Shown here: positions 13,967-27,705 of the stretch, in pieces | How the letters are laid out: every line of letters starts with the position of its first letter | Position numbering within the stretch: the first letter of the stretch is position 1 | Source of the DNA: Paramecium tetraurelia | Taxonomy: Eukaryota | Direction of reading: 5' to 3' | DNA length: 64,000 nt | Assembly: GCA_000165425.1 (NCBI GenBank) | Contig: CT868241.1 | Location: 372,001 to 436,000, forward strand | Made by a program: the position numbers and the translations under genes | Notes under the pieces: model-generated | What the model was told of the DNA's origin: nothing | The model's input: the letters and a program-made list of their open reading frames with translations, nothing else | The model's database searches: none

Positions 13967-14136
13967 TATTTAAATTATTTATGTAAACCTTAAAATATTA
14001 ATTAACTTAAAGATCAGAATTAGTAATTTTATTTGATAATAGGATTTAAATTAGATATTATAATCTATTACATAGGTAGTAAGGGATATAAATAATAATG
14101 TAATTAGTCTAATAATGATACTTTATATATATTATT

Positions 14137-15191
14137 TCATTTTGATTATGCTCTACCTTTAAAATGATCCATTGATTCACTGACTCCAAATAGTTCCATC
14201 ATATTGTCATACACACATGTTGGAAAGCATGCCTTTATCATAATAGCAAAATTAAGAATAACAGGCATAATAACAACAGTTTCATTTTGGAGAATTGCAT
14301 TGACGATTCTTTGAGATGCATACTCTAAAGATATATGAGATTTTTACCTTCAGATAGAATTGGGAATAGAAGAGGAAACCTGGATTTAGCTCCATCGAAC
14401 ATTCCAGTGTTGATGAAATAGGGACAAATACAAGTAGTTCTCACTTTAGATTTTTTAGCTCTTAATTCAAATCTAAGGGATTCATCAAAACCAACAGCCC
14501 CAAATTTAGAAGCACAATAATCAACTAATCCTCTGACTCCAACCAAGCCTGCAATTGAAGCAATAGTAACAATATGGCCGTGATTATTTTCCATCATATT
14601 TGCTAGAACTTCTCTCACTGTCCAATGATGTGCAGTTGTATTGATATTGATAGTTTTAGTAATACCAGCTTCTGAATTTTGGAGAAGTTATCTTCCACTT
14701 ACAACACCTGCATTATTAATCAAAATATCTATGCTCCTATTGTGGAAAGTAATGGATTCTGAAATTGCATTTTTCACAGATTATGGATCACTAACATCAC
14801 AATAAACTCCAAATGCAGTTTTATTCCCTAATTCCTTATTAATTGCATCTACAACTTCTTACAAAGCAGTTGTATTCACATCAACAATTGATATCTTGCG
14901 TATTGAAATTGAATACTTTAGCTCCTAATCTAGCAAATCTTTTTGCCATGTTTCTTCCAATACCACTGGCTCCTCCTGTAATGAAGATATGTTAATTAGC
15001 CACACTCTTCTTCTTTAACCATCTATGATAAATTACATAATTCACCCATTATATTTTCGTACTTAATATTGAAGGAACAACAATCCCAAACCTAGAGCTG
15101 CTGCTTGCACTAATCCTTTCTTTCCTCTCTTTTCATAGAATTTCTTGTAGAGGTCTTAAGCCTTTGTGAGATATGGTTGTAATTTATCCAT
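14137..15191 (-). CDS. short-chain dehydrogenase/reductase (RDH10/SDR16C-like)
   Basis: ITGGASGIG, LINNAG and catalytic YCASK motifs; N-terminal hydrophobic anchor. Confidence 0.92.
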
Positions 15192-15213
15192 TTAAGATAT
15201 TTATTTATTCTTA

Positions 15214-16384
15214 TCAATAATTTACACTCTGTTTTATTGCCTCGTAAATTTTAAATTTGTCTGGCAAATAAATTGGTTCGTGAACTAAGGGAAATGGTGT
15301 GTCATAGCCTGTAACTCTTTTTATTGGTGCTTCCAAATGCAAGAAACACTTCTCTTAAATTAAAGCACTTAACTCAGCTCCCATTCCACAAGTCTAAGGT
15401 GCTTCATGTGTTATTATGCATCTATTTCATCCATTAATTCAATACCTTCCAGTCTTTTTCACAGAATCAACCAGTGTCTATCCATCATATGGGTATATTG
15501 TTTATAAATCAATTATCTCACAACTTACTCCATCCTTTTCTGCCAACTTAGCTGCTTCTCTCAACACTCTTATTTATGTACCATATCCTATCAATGTGAT
15601 GTGCTTTCCTTCTTGAACTACTTCAGCTTTAGATAATTCCAACTAAAATTCATTCCATTTCATTGTACCTCATAATCATCCAAAGGAACCTCATCCTCAG
15701 CATTTCTATATAAGGCTTTAGGCTCGAAAAATATGACTGGATTTTTATCTCTTATTGATGCAAGCAACAATCCCTTTGCTTATATTGGATCTCTAGGCAC
15801 TACGACTTTCAGTCCTGGAGTATGAGCAAAATATGCCTCTGGAGATTGTGAATGATATAAAGCACTAAATTATACTTTCTATTCTTACCCGTGTCCTACA
15901 GCACCCCAAGTGGTTCTTATTGTTAGACTTCCACAATTGAATTGATCCCCTGATCGATATCTGAATTTAGCTGCCTCGTTGACTATTTAGTCAAAGGCTG
16001 GGAATATGTAATCACCAAACTAGATTTCTGCTATGGCTGTGTATCCTACACTTGCCAACCCAATACCAAAAGCTCCGATTCCCTAATGATTTCTATTTAT
16101 TCATACTTGCTCGCATAATGGAGTATTGAATACTCTATCAGTACCGTACTTTTCATTCAAACCCTAAGAGCATCGAAACACTCCTCCAAATTTAACATCC
16201 TCTCCAAATAATAATGCCCTTTCTTATATATTATGACGTACTTTGGATTTGCTCCTAATTCTATATCAAGTGCATTATTAATAGCTTAAAACAGGTTCAT
16301 TTTCTACCTATTTGTGCTTTTAATATCTGAAGCAAATCTATGCTTTGTCGAGCTGAATCGATAAACTTTTCTCAATAATTACAT
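15214..16384 (-). CDS. BCKDHB: 2-oxoisovalerate dehydrogenase E1 beta subunit, mitochondrial
   Basis: [70 protein letters not shown]; basic mitochondrial presequence. Confidence 0.95.
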
Positions 16385-17474
16385 TTATTTATTCAATTCT
16401 TATGTAATTCAATTTAATTTTATGATAAGATTGCCTCAATTAAAATATAAAGGGAAAAATTTGTACTTTTGAATCTCTTATTTGATGTCAAATTTTCAGA
16501 ATGAATTAAAAATTATCATCTTTTATAAACGAAAACATTATTTTTGGTTAACAAAGAATATAACTACTTATAATCTATTTATGTGTATAAGAATTTGTTT
16601 TGCTTCATTTTATAAGATATCTCATTGAGAAGTAAATAGGTTGCAGAAACTATGTTCTTGGAAATGTTAATTTATCGAGTAGGGAAGGTTAGAAATATGA
16701 AATAAATATCATCATTTTAATAATATACAATTTTATATAATACATACTATCACATCAATAAATCCAGAATTATTAATTCAATTATTTTTATTCTAGTAAA
16801 TATAATTCCAGAAACAAAGATTAATAGTGTGATAATCTTTTATATTTCAATCTTTAGTCTTACCCAATTTTCTTTGCTAAAAGACTGATTATTTAAAATT
16901 TGAAATTCGCACTTATAAACATACAATAAATTGTTGTTGGAGGAGACATAAATATTAATTTCAAATATTCTCAGTATTTAACTTATTTATTTTATTTGTA
17001 TAAATTTTAATCTAATGACAGACCTTAAAAAAAGAAATAAAATCAGATTTAGGATTTAAATTTATTTTAAATTTTTAGTAATATTGCTAAATCTAAAAAA
17101 TCACTATATTTTGCTTGAAATTTAATTATTAAAATACTAAATAATGGTAATATTTAAAAAGCAAAATTTTCGATTATGAAGAGTGGGATTTAATTACTAT
17201 AATTGAGCAAATTAAGATTTGCTCGGATTCTAGAAAATTAGCTTTGATGAGTAACAATTTTGAAAATATTGAATTGAGTGCTCTTTGGAGCAATTCTAAT
17301 AAGTGTTAGGTAAATTTAGTAAAATTAATATCTGAAAGTGTGAATATTGAAATGTTGAGAGATAAAGCTTGTTCAAGTTGATTTAAGAACTTTAATTGGC
17401 TCAAATTTTTATTTAAAATAAAATGATCCTAGCTAATTATATTACTTTTTGAGATTTATTTTTAATAATATAAT

Positions 17475-20400
17475 ATGAAATTTTTTTCAAAACTTACATA
17501 ATTTTTTATCACTATTGGATCAAGCACAGAAAGAAGAGTGAAGAATATTGATTATGGCAACATGACTATAATTATTTATTACTTTATTTAACTTATTGGA
17601 TATATTTACAGCTAATTTGAGAGCAAATCAATTAAATATTATGAAAACGACTATCTAGCTTAAATTAGTTAGTTATCATCAATTCCTTTTATGCTAATTA
17701 TCATTCACTATGATCCATTAACTATATTTGCATATTACAGCGTATTCATCACCATCTGTGCTATATTTCTATTTTCCTTACTATAAATATTGATTAAGGT
17801 ATCAAAGCTAATAATTAATAGCCTCTACCTTTTAATTCCCCAATTAATAAAATCATTAAATTTTACTTTCAAAATTTTTAATGGTTTTTTCTGACTCCAT
17901 TTAATGAATGTATGGTCGGAGTGATCACTTGTGGAAGATAATCATACTTAGCACAACATTCAGTAATTAAGCCCTCTGAGTGTTTTAGCACAATATCTCC
18001 TCATTATTTAATAATTAGTTTTACTGGAATGATTATGATCTCGCTATCAGGAATTCTTTCTATATATTGCTTCAGGAATTATGAATTTTTGTAAAGAGGA
18101 TTATTAAGAAAGTTCTCTACTCTAAATTTTGCAACAATCTTTTTACATTAGTTACTTATAATTTTATCATTTTGGAAATTAATGTACTCTGATTATTATG
18201 TTATAATACATACTTGCTATAATTTGATTATGCTTTGCATTTTAATTGATGTCGTAACCAACATTCCTTTTGGATTTACAAATGAAACTGTATTCTACTC
18301 TAAAATACTATTAAGCTCTTTATTTTTTGGAATCTTGATTACAATCTGGATTTTTACCAATAAAGATGACGGGATCATATTCTTAACATTCACAATATTG
18401 TTACCAGTAAATTATAATAATTTTATAGATAATTTTTGCAGCCAATTCCACTGTTTTTAGGAACTATTTTGAATAATAGAGTTTGAAATTTTGTGAATTT
18501 GTCGATTGTACTTTAAGTGAAGAGCCCTTAGAATATCTATTATTGCTCTCTCATCCATTAACTATGACACAAACCAGCATTTGCTAAACTTTAAAATTAT
18601 TAAATATCCATTGTAATAACTGCAAGGATTTGTAATGCCCTTGTAATTAAAGCCTATCTAGATTTGTTTTATCTCATGGCCCTTTCGATAATGACAAACT
18701 TTACATTTGGATTCAATACTAATTTTAAAAATTAATTAAAATATCTATGAGAAAAGAGTATTCAATAGAAAATTTTGAATAATTAACAATAAAGTTTTCT
18801 ACATTTCTCTAAAAATATAGAGAAAATTCATATCTATCTTATAAAAGTATCCAGGATATTGTTATAAATTTTAATAGATCCTAAAAGAATAATCAATAAT
18901 ATCCATAATTTTTTATAAGTTTAACAAAAAAAATCTAATCTGATACCAAATAGGAATTGGAACAAATAAATCGTTCAAAATTTTTGATAACAAAAACTGA
19001 ATTTAAAACATTAACAGATTTAAATTTATTTTTTTGTTATGAAAATGATTTGATGACAAAAATTAGATAATAAGTATATTATTGTAAAGAATTTTGGATG
19101 CTCTATTAAAACGGTACTCTTAAAGATTTTAATGCTTTACTAATGTAATCAAAAAGAATATTAAATTAAATTGAGAAAGTTTAGTAAATTTATAAGTTAT
19201 ACTTGTAAAATCGAGAAGATTCATAATACGAAAATCTTTTGACTCTTCGAATTAGTTTATTAATTTCAATAACTTGTTTGGATGATTTGCAAACTTAATT
19301 AAAAAAAGCCGATAAATTATAAGTTGTCTAAAAGGAATCCCTATATTCACCAAAGTAATAATTTCATATTTTAAAATACATTAATAATGAAGCTATTTCA
19401 GTAGCATCTCTGGTCTCATTTTAATCATTTGGAATGATTGATTTGAAGATCTCCAATAATTTTAAATAATTTTTTGGTTATGATGATGATGATTAAATAA
19501 CATAAATTGGTCAATTGCTACCAACTAAAATAGGCGATATTCATGATGGATTGGTTGAAAACTTTTTAATGGTGGGACAAAGTTCTAAAATCTATAATTC
19601 TCAAGAATCCTTTATTAAAAATAAAAATAATTTTATTGAAAATATCACAATGTGTTTGACTATCTCATTGCCATTATAAGCTGATATTCATTATTTTTTA
19701 ATCATTTCACATTTATTAAAATAACATACGCTAGAAAAAAAAAATCAAGACTCTTTTGAAAAGGGCTATTTGTTAGTTGATGTAAACTTTTAAGTTTTTG
19801 GAATTAGCGAAAATATTTTTAAAAAAGTTACTTAATTTTCATAAAATGATAGACTTGATATAGAATAAATTTAATAAAAATTGATAGTATTTTAATTGAT
19901 TCCTGATCTTTTTGTAAAGATGCAAGAATACTACAAAATCAAACAACTTCAAAATGCCCATCTAACGAATGATGAGGTATTATTCTTTAAACATGGGGGA
20001 TCTTTTCAAATCCCCAATAAACAAACCTTTAGTAATAATAACTTAGAATAGAAAATTAAAAAGAAAAAGAAAAAGAAAAATAATTTGCTAACTAATAAAA
20101 TAATTATAAACAATCTAACTAAAATTGAAAAAGAATCCAATTTTAATAATATTACCTAATTTCATTTTCCTATAGAATATTCAGTTGTTTAGAATTTAAT
20201 AAATCCTCTGATTAATGGGATAACTTAGGATTTTTTGTATTACAAAATAGAAATAGAGTATTAAGATGATATAAATAATGGCAAATAATAATTACAGTTT
20301 TTGCCATCTTATCATGATATCTAAACTGAGTAGATTAACTCGAAAAATAGGTCTCAAAATTAAATTATGGTATAATCATTTGATTCAAAAGATGATGAAT

Positions 20401-22457
20401 TTTTAGATTATCAATAAGTGATCGCATCATCCACAACAACATAAAGGAATAACAAAAATGACTTTTTTTATCAAGCAACTCTTTTGAACAGTTTATTGAA
20501 TAACAAAAGTATACCGAAACCAATTCTTAGTCTTATCCTGCTATTTATTTGCTAAAATCTTATACTCCTTACTTTGATTATATTTATTGCTATGATGTTT
20601 TCCTAAAAATCAATATTACAATCAAATTGCGTGAGAATAGTTACAACAGATTTAGATTTTTTGGATGCTTACTCTTAACTGATGTCAGGATCTAGACATG
20701 TAATTTATTTTCGTGACTTTTATGAAAAAGTATCTGATTAGAAGATAAGGATTGATAAGAATGATATTGAATTTAGTCGAGAAAATAAATTATTAATATC
20801 TTGGAATCATATTAATCTTGGTATTTCACGATTAATTACTATTTATGAATAAAAGAGTCAAATCTTAAATTAGGGTTCTGAAGATGACCTAAACATTTCA
20901 ATCATTAATAGTGATTTGAAAAGTAAAATTGTGTAGCAAGTCTAAGATTAGTCTACATATTATTAAGTAATGTTTTAAATATTTTTTATGTCAAAATAAA
21001 CTTTCACTTAAAATTTGTCTAACTTTTTACAGAATGCTACTGATCCCTACACTACATAAATTAGTAGATCTTTAGTATATTATAATTATTTTGATGTCAC
21101 TTAATTGGTTTAGGCAAAATTAGACAGTTGCAAAAGTTACAATTATTATATCAATGAGTATATTGATAGAATTACTTCATTTTTCTTTATAGGCTTGTAC
21201 TTAGCAATTTTGATAATTGCAATTATTTAGTTTATGTTTTATGTTTAAATAAAAAGATAAATTAGTTTTTATTTAAAATTGTTTGTTTAGTTAGATTCTT
21301 ATGATTCAATAAAATCTTTGTAGAGGTTTGAAAAAATTCATAAACTATTGAATAACCAATCAATAGCTCTGAGCAAAAAGCATTATGAAAAAATTATTGC
21401 TTAGGCCTCTCTTTAATATGATTAACTTAGATCCATCAATTTTAATAATTAACCAAATCTTATTTAACCTTAGAAGTAAAAAGAAAAGTAAGTTAGAATA
21501 GATAATCATATTTCTTATTTTTATCATATATTTGCTCTAGTTTTGATATCCTTAATACCTGTCATATATGCATTAGCTTACTAGTTGTATTATAACATTA
21601 TTTCAGTTAATGTCACTCCAATCAATAATTAGGCAATTTAAGCTTAAGAAATGAGACTGAAATTTATAACAACCATCAATAGATATGATTAATTTTTAAT
21701 CAAATCTTATTTTGAATCTTATTGTAAATTATCATAATCGAATGCTTCATATAAGTGTTCATTCAATAATATCTATTCTGATAATCAAATTTTATAGTAA
21801 ATAGAAATGAATGAAACAATTATTTAGGAAGAATTAAACACTCTTTAATAGTTAGACTTTTCTAATTTTTTTTTCAATACAATAAATTCAAATTAATTCA
21901 ATTCAGAAGAAAAACAATCTATATTATCCAAAGACACATGCTTATTGACGAATTGTGATATGAAGAAGGATATATTTTAAGAAAGGTTGTTTTAGGAAAC
22001 TTTAAACTCATATTTCTTCTAAGGAATAATTAAACTTCATCAAATTGTTTCTTCCCTCTACCTTTAATTTAATTTGATATATTAGAATCTTAATACCCCT
22101 GAAGAAAAATTAAATGCAATCCAAGATATTATGGAAGAAAATGATTATTTAATATATATCTTATGGGGATTGGATGCGATTTAGTATCAAATTTCAGAAT
22201 TTTCTCAATATTTTGTTAATACTTCATTAACAACACTAAATGATTTTACTGCCAATATGCTAGTAAACGTAATATAAAGTTGTGATACTTAGGGGATGTT
22301 ATTGATGGTAGGGGTAATTTAAATTCTGTTCATTCAGATTTTAATGAAGAAATAGATAATTGCAAAATAATTATTCAAAATAGTTCCATTATAAATCATT
22401 TTTTAGAAAAACATATAAAGGTAGTTAACTGTTTATTAAAGAAAATTATAGAAGTGA
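17475..22457 (+). CDS. large multi-TM PAS-domain protein (TmcB/TmcC-like), paralogue A
   Basis: N-terminal TM bundle, IHCNNCKDLQCPC, PAS-like FFGY...IGQLLPTKIGDIHDGLVENF, and further TM pairs flanking extracellular loops. Confidence 0.8.
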
Positions 22458-22865
22458 GTATATATACATTGTATTTTGTTAAGTTTTAATATCATTAATT
22501 AATTTAAATTTGTAATAAATTAAGTTAATTTATATTTGTTATTTAATAGCATTTCTTTATTTTGATCTAAATTATATTATATTTAATTTCACTTCTTTAT
22601 TACTCTCTTTCTCATTTTTATATTAAAATTAAAATAGAACCCAATTTTACTTGCAGGGTTTTGTGAGAAAGGACCAATCAAACTAAGTATTTCCTCAAAT
22701 TCACACCTTCTTTCAAAAAAAACAAAACTAAAGGTTCAAACCTACGTAAATATAATATTACTCCATATTGAATATTGCAATTCTTTTTTAAAACAAATTT
22801 TGATCTACCTATAGAATGATTAATTCAAAAATAAATTAATATACTATTTATTCAATTGTTATTAT

Positions 22866-23958
22866 TCATTAAATCAATTAAACACTTGGTAAACTAAGTA
22901 GAGATTAGATATCTTTTATTAGATTTGGCTCAGGAGTTATTGTCTTTATAATCCAATTCCCGTTTAGAAGCTGAAAAACTTTAACATCTCTGGTTGTCGT
23001 TTATTATTACTCATCATTTGCTATAAGTTCATAAGAAACAGTAAGCAAATTAGCTAGAGAATTCAATTGCACTCTATAAGGTAGACAACTGGGTGAGGAA
23101 TCTAAGTTGATTAGTATTAAATTTTGTTTTTCTACTTAAGATTCGCCTATAAATCTGAATTGCCAAATTTTAGCACCTTCTTAAGTAGCAAATGCAATTT
23201 AATGATAAGTCTTGCCATTTTAATTTGCCCATTAAGCATCATAGACAGTCTTTTCTTCATCAAATTCAAAAAATTTTGTAAAAGTTAATTTTTATGTTTC
23301 ATGTGAAAGCACCCATATAGATAAGGTTTTTATTCTTTGTAAATTGTAATTGTCATGTTTGAGTTTCAAATATCTCGATTTTTCATCATTTCCAGCAAAT
23401 ATACTCATATCTTTATCTGAGGGAGCCTGATTCCATGACAATGCTCTAATTCCATATGGCATAATAGTGATTTCCTCTCCTTCTAATCGAAATTAATTAT
23501 TTTCATAAGCTCTGTGAACTTAAACAATTCCATCTACATATGCAATCACTAATAGTAAGCCGTTAGATTTGGAACCGAAATAAATATCAGCAATTAATTC
23601 TGACTTTTCAAGTGTTAGAGATCTTTATTTCCATAGCGTAATGATTTGTTTTTATCCATTTAAGTTTTCTTAGTATTATTTCTTTTCCTCACATATTTAT
23701 ATTGCTTTGCTTTGACTTGATATTGCTATCAACTATCCAAATTTAGGATCAGCCCATTTAACCTTCCAAGCAATACTACAACTAAATTTGAATTCAGAAC
23801 TCTTTTCCCATTTGCTAATATAATTGAACTAAATAATACCCATCTACTTTATTTAAAATTCTTAATGTTTAATCGCTGGATGCAATAGCAAATCTGGAAC
23901 AGTTTTAGTTAAAGGCTATATCCTAAATAGTATCTTAATGGAAAGGTTCAATTAGCAT
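22866..23958 (-). CDS. Seh1/Sec13-family WD40 protein (Seh1-like nucleoporin)
   Basis: HQDTIQDIAFNQNCSRFAIASSDQTLRI...AWKVKWADPKFGQLIA...CEE resembles the Seh1 N-terminus; one 25-nt intron; 356 codons. Confidence 0.75.
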
Positions 23959-24139
23959 TAATTATTTAACTAAATTTAATTATGAATAAATAATAAAATT
24001 AAAACAAATACAATTTCGTATTTGCATTGATATCATTATATTGATTCTCTTTATATTGTTGGATAAGAACTATTTTTCAAACTCAACATTAAAAATATGA
24101 TTTTCTAGAGATGTAATTTAATAAATTTATTAACTTATA

Positions 24140-24564
24140 ATGTTTTCTGTTTAACCAGAAGGTTCGAAACCTAAGAAGTTTTAGGGAGGTCGAATTCACT
24201 TAAGACCTATAGATAGTATAGGGAGAGACTTTGATTTAGGAAATATTGAAACCAAAGGCAGAAGACATTTCTCTTTTGATCCCACACCAGTTATGCAATA
24301 CAAACCTCAATTAAGGGTAGGGTTTCCAAAAAATGTCACTAATCCTGAAATATTATTTACTCATTAGAGTCAAGGAGGGCCTGATAAATTGACTTATATG
24401 CCTCCAATCAAAAAGCACAAAGAGTTTATTTCCACTATGAGAAAAACCGTCATTAACAAAGAAGTAATTGCATCACATTATTGTAGTATGAGGAACAATA
24501 GACTGAAAACCGAAGGATGATTGAGGAGCTGGATGTTTGGGAAAAAAAGTTTAGAAAATAATGA
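24140..24564 (+). CDS. 133-aa hypothetical protein
   Basis: MFSVQPEGSKPKKF...MIEELDVWEKKFRKQ*; one 23-nt intron, 402 coding nt. Confidence 0.75.
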
Positions 24565-24602
24565 TTATTTTAGCATATATTACTAATTAAAAGATATTAA
24601 TA

Positions 24603-25534
24603 ATGTAAATTATTAAGAGCAAAGCAGTGCAATAATTGGCACATCGTTCCCAATACAACAAAATCGTATGGCAATCATCTAATCCATATAACAAAAGATG
24701 GCAATACAAATTTAAGAATGCTTACTACACATATCCAAGAGATATTAATTAAGAGCATACCTACGTTAAAACCCCAAAAGATAATTGGGAATCAGTTCCA
24801 CTCGGATGGGCTTGGATCTAAGATTTATTACATAGACATGTATTCATTTTGTTAATAAAATAGGTGCCTAATTTTTCATGTTTAATTGAAAGAAGACATA
24901 GATTATTTGATAAGTTTAATGTATATTTCTTGCCTGCATTCAGTCTTTTCTTTTATCAATTTTATCCCTTAGCATTTGGATTCAAAGTATAAGATCATGA
25001 ATATGAGCTAGGTTTTAACAGTGTTGCCATTGGCAATGTTATATGTGAGAGCCAGAGATAAATGCGGTGATCCAGATTTCAAAGAAACATACCTTAGAGA
25101 TATGTTATACAAAAACAATGAAATAAATGCTCTTTTTAAGGATGAGACTCTTCACGTTTTAGATTACGATTGTGAATATGATAAAGGATATCCTTGTACA
25201 GAAAAATTCCCAGAATTCAAAAACAAAGTAACAACACAAATTCATTTTTAGTTTTGGCAATTTTTCAATACTGATACATCAATGACAACTGGATATTTCA
25301 AGATGGCTGATGTAGAATCAGGTGCTGTAATGAATTTGAAATTTAAGACAATGCCTGTTCCAGGAAAATATAGATATTAAATTGGAGAACCATTTTATTT
25401 TTATGATTTAAGAGGTAATCAACGTATATATGTCTAAAGCCGAAATTACCCATAATGGATAACACAAGGAAGTTGTTTTAGTTGATGAGAAAGTAGCTTT
25501 GCAAAAAGTAAGACCATTTTTATTAATTATTTGA
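24603..25534 (+). CDS. conserved-looking hypothetical membrane protein, probably mitochondrial
   Basis: Basic N-terminus, hydrophobic segment VYFLPAFSLFFYQFYPLAFGFKVLTVLPLAMLYV, aromatic-rich globular C-terminus; 3-4 tiny introns. Confidence 0.75.
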
Positions 25535-25550
25535 AAAATACAATAACATA

Positions 25551-27705
25551 TCAATCTATAATATTAAAATTGTAGTCAATTTCATTGCTTTATTGCAATT
25601 TGCGATAAGTACTTGCTATTCTCTCCTTAATTTTTTCATTTATTTCTTTATTCTATCCTTTTTCATTTTATTTTTGTTCAGTCTCCTTTTTTAATATCTA
25701 CTGGGGATTCAATTATTTCTATTCTGTCCATTCTATGACGAAATCATACCAAATCTAGTCCCCAATGATTTATCCAAATAATGAATACAGAACAAACTTT
25801 AATTCTTAAACATCTGATAAGTGACGCTTATTTTAATATAGTCTAAGTATCCTTTCTTATTCAACCTTTTGTAATTATTCTAATTACTATTATAATTGAA
25901 CTAACTTTTAATTGTAATCCTTAGTCAGCAAATTAACTTCGCTTGGTAAATTTTATAATTTGAAATTAGATTCCTCTTTTTCGTGTGGATTTAGAGATTC
26001 CAATTCTTAATTTTCCCATTTGATGACATGAGCAAAAGAAGAAGGGTTGAGAGGATCAATACCTTATACGAAAACTGGTTTCTTAATAGAAACTTTGCTT
26101 TTCTTTAACATTGTTTTTACTTAGTTTTTTAATTGAAACACACTTATTGGTTGAGATTGAAATAAGGTTTTCGATGATTAGCTGCTTTTGAGATTGGAAG
26201 TTGCAGGAAGTAATTTTTGTGCTAGTAATCTGGTTTCTTCAATATCAATTTCAAGCTAAGCAGCCTACAATAGATAATTTCTTGAAGTGTCATCAAGATA
26301 ACGAGGAAATTGATCTATCTTTGCATTTTCATTTATTTTTCTCATATTCTTAATTATTGAGACTACTCCCTCCGGAACTAAAGATTCATTTGCTTCTTAG
26401 AGTTATTTCAAAAAAATATCTTTCAAAAGCATTTTACATCTTCTCTTTTTTTGTCTATGCTCATCTAAATCCTTTTAAAGAATCTATTATTTTTCATTAT
26501 TTTTATGAATTTCTTCCTTTATTTATGTAATAACCTTTTAGATATTTCTAATCTCTAATTCCCTTTACTACCTAATCTTCTCAACTATGTCCATCAAATT
26601 CCTCTTCTTACCCTCTTAATCAGGAATATAGCCTAGTCTTGCTTTTTCTTCCTTTGCGTAATATTTTCTTCGAATTTCGCTAATCTCCTCTTCGTGTTTG
26701 TTAATCTATTAGACTTATTGATTGTTGTCTAGTCTCATTTGATAGAGTATTTATTTGTTGTTATTGATTTAAGTTTAAAATTATTAGTAGGAGTCCATAA
26801 GTTGTTTAGCTGATGAGGATGTCTATTAACCAGTTTAAATTAGCTCGACTTGAAATTAATTTGAAGGCTTATTACTATAGTATTTGGCTTTAGATAGCAC
26901 AACATCATAATCTATATATTATGCTGGGTTGCTAAAATATTCAGTTAAACCTTTAAAATTATTTAGAGTAGAAATTTTTAAGGCTTGTGATTGTTCTCTC
27001 ACAACTTGCGCAGTTTCTTCATCAAGTTTTTGTAAATTCCAATTAGATTTTGACCTTCTATTGATTTTTAGATCATCTAATTTCTTAGTGACTTTTTGCA
27101 ATAATAATGAATTTAAGATTTATTTATTCATTTCAATTCTAACTTAATCGAGAGTTTTAAGGACGGGATTGTTTGAATCTCTATTTGGCCTCAACATCTA
27201 AAACTTAACTTAGACTTAAGCATTTTATTCTTCATCCTGTTATTGAATTTTTTACTATTGCTTTTCTTAAGGTTTCATGATAGAGTTTATGATGGCTTGA
27301 TTAATTTATGGTCCTCCATCATTATTAAACTCATTGTCTATTAATTTATTGTCATTTTATTTGATCTACTCAAAAGCGAAGGTTTTTCTATTCGAAATGA
27401 TTTGCTCATGCCATTAATCTAATTACTCAAGTAAGTAATTATTTTCATCATAATTTTATTTTCTATGATGTTATGATGATGGTTTATGTGTAAAATCTCC
27501 ACCATCCCCTAAATCAACTACATTTCTCATTCTAATGATTTTTCTATCTCCTATATACCGATTGAATACCTTTAGAAGTTGGATCGGCTTCCTCAAATTA
27601 ATTGCTAGAGCGATTCCTCGGGATTTAAGTAGAAGGCTTAGAATCATAATTAGAAGGTGAGTGCATAGACGATCTAATTAGTACATTTTTTTAATTTTTT
27701 TTCAT
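25551..27705 (-). CDS. hypothetical coiled-coil protein (~718 aa)
   Basis: Long frame open in the ciliate code, includes track ORF 26919-27101; Q/E/K-rich. Confidence 0.7.
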
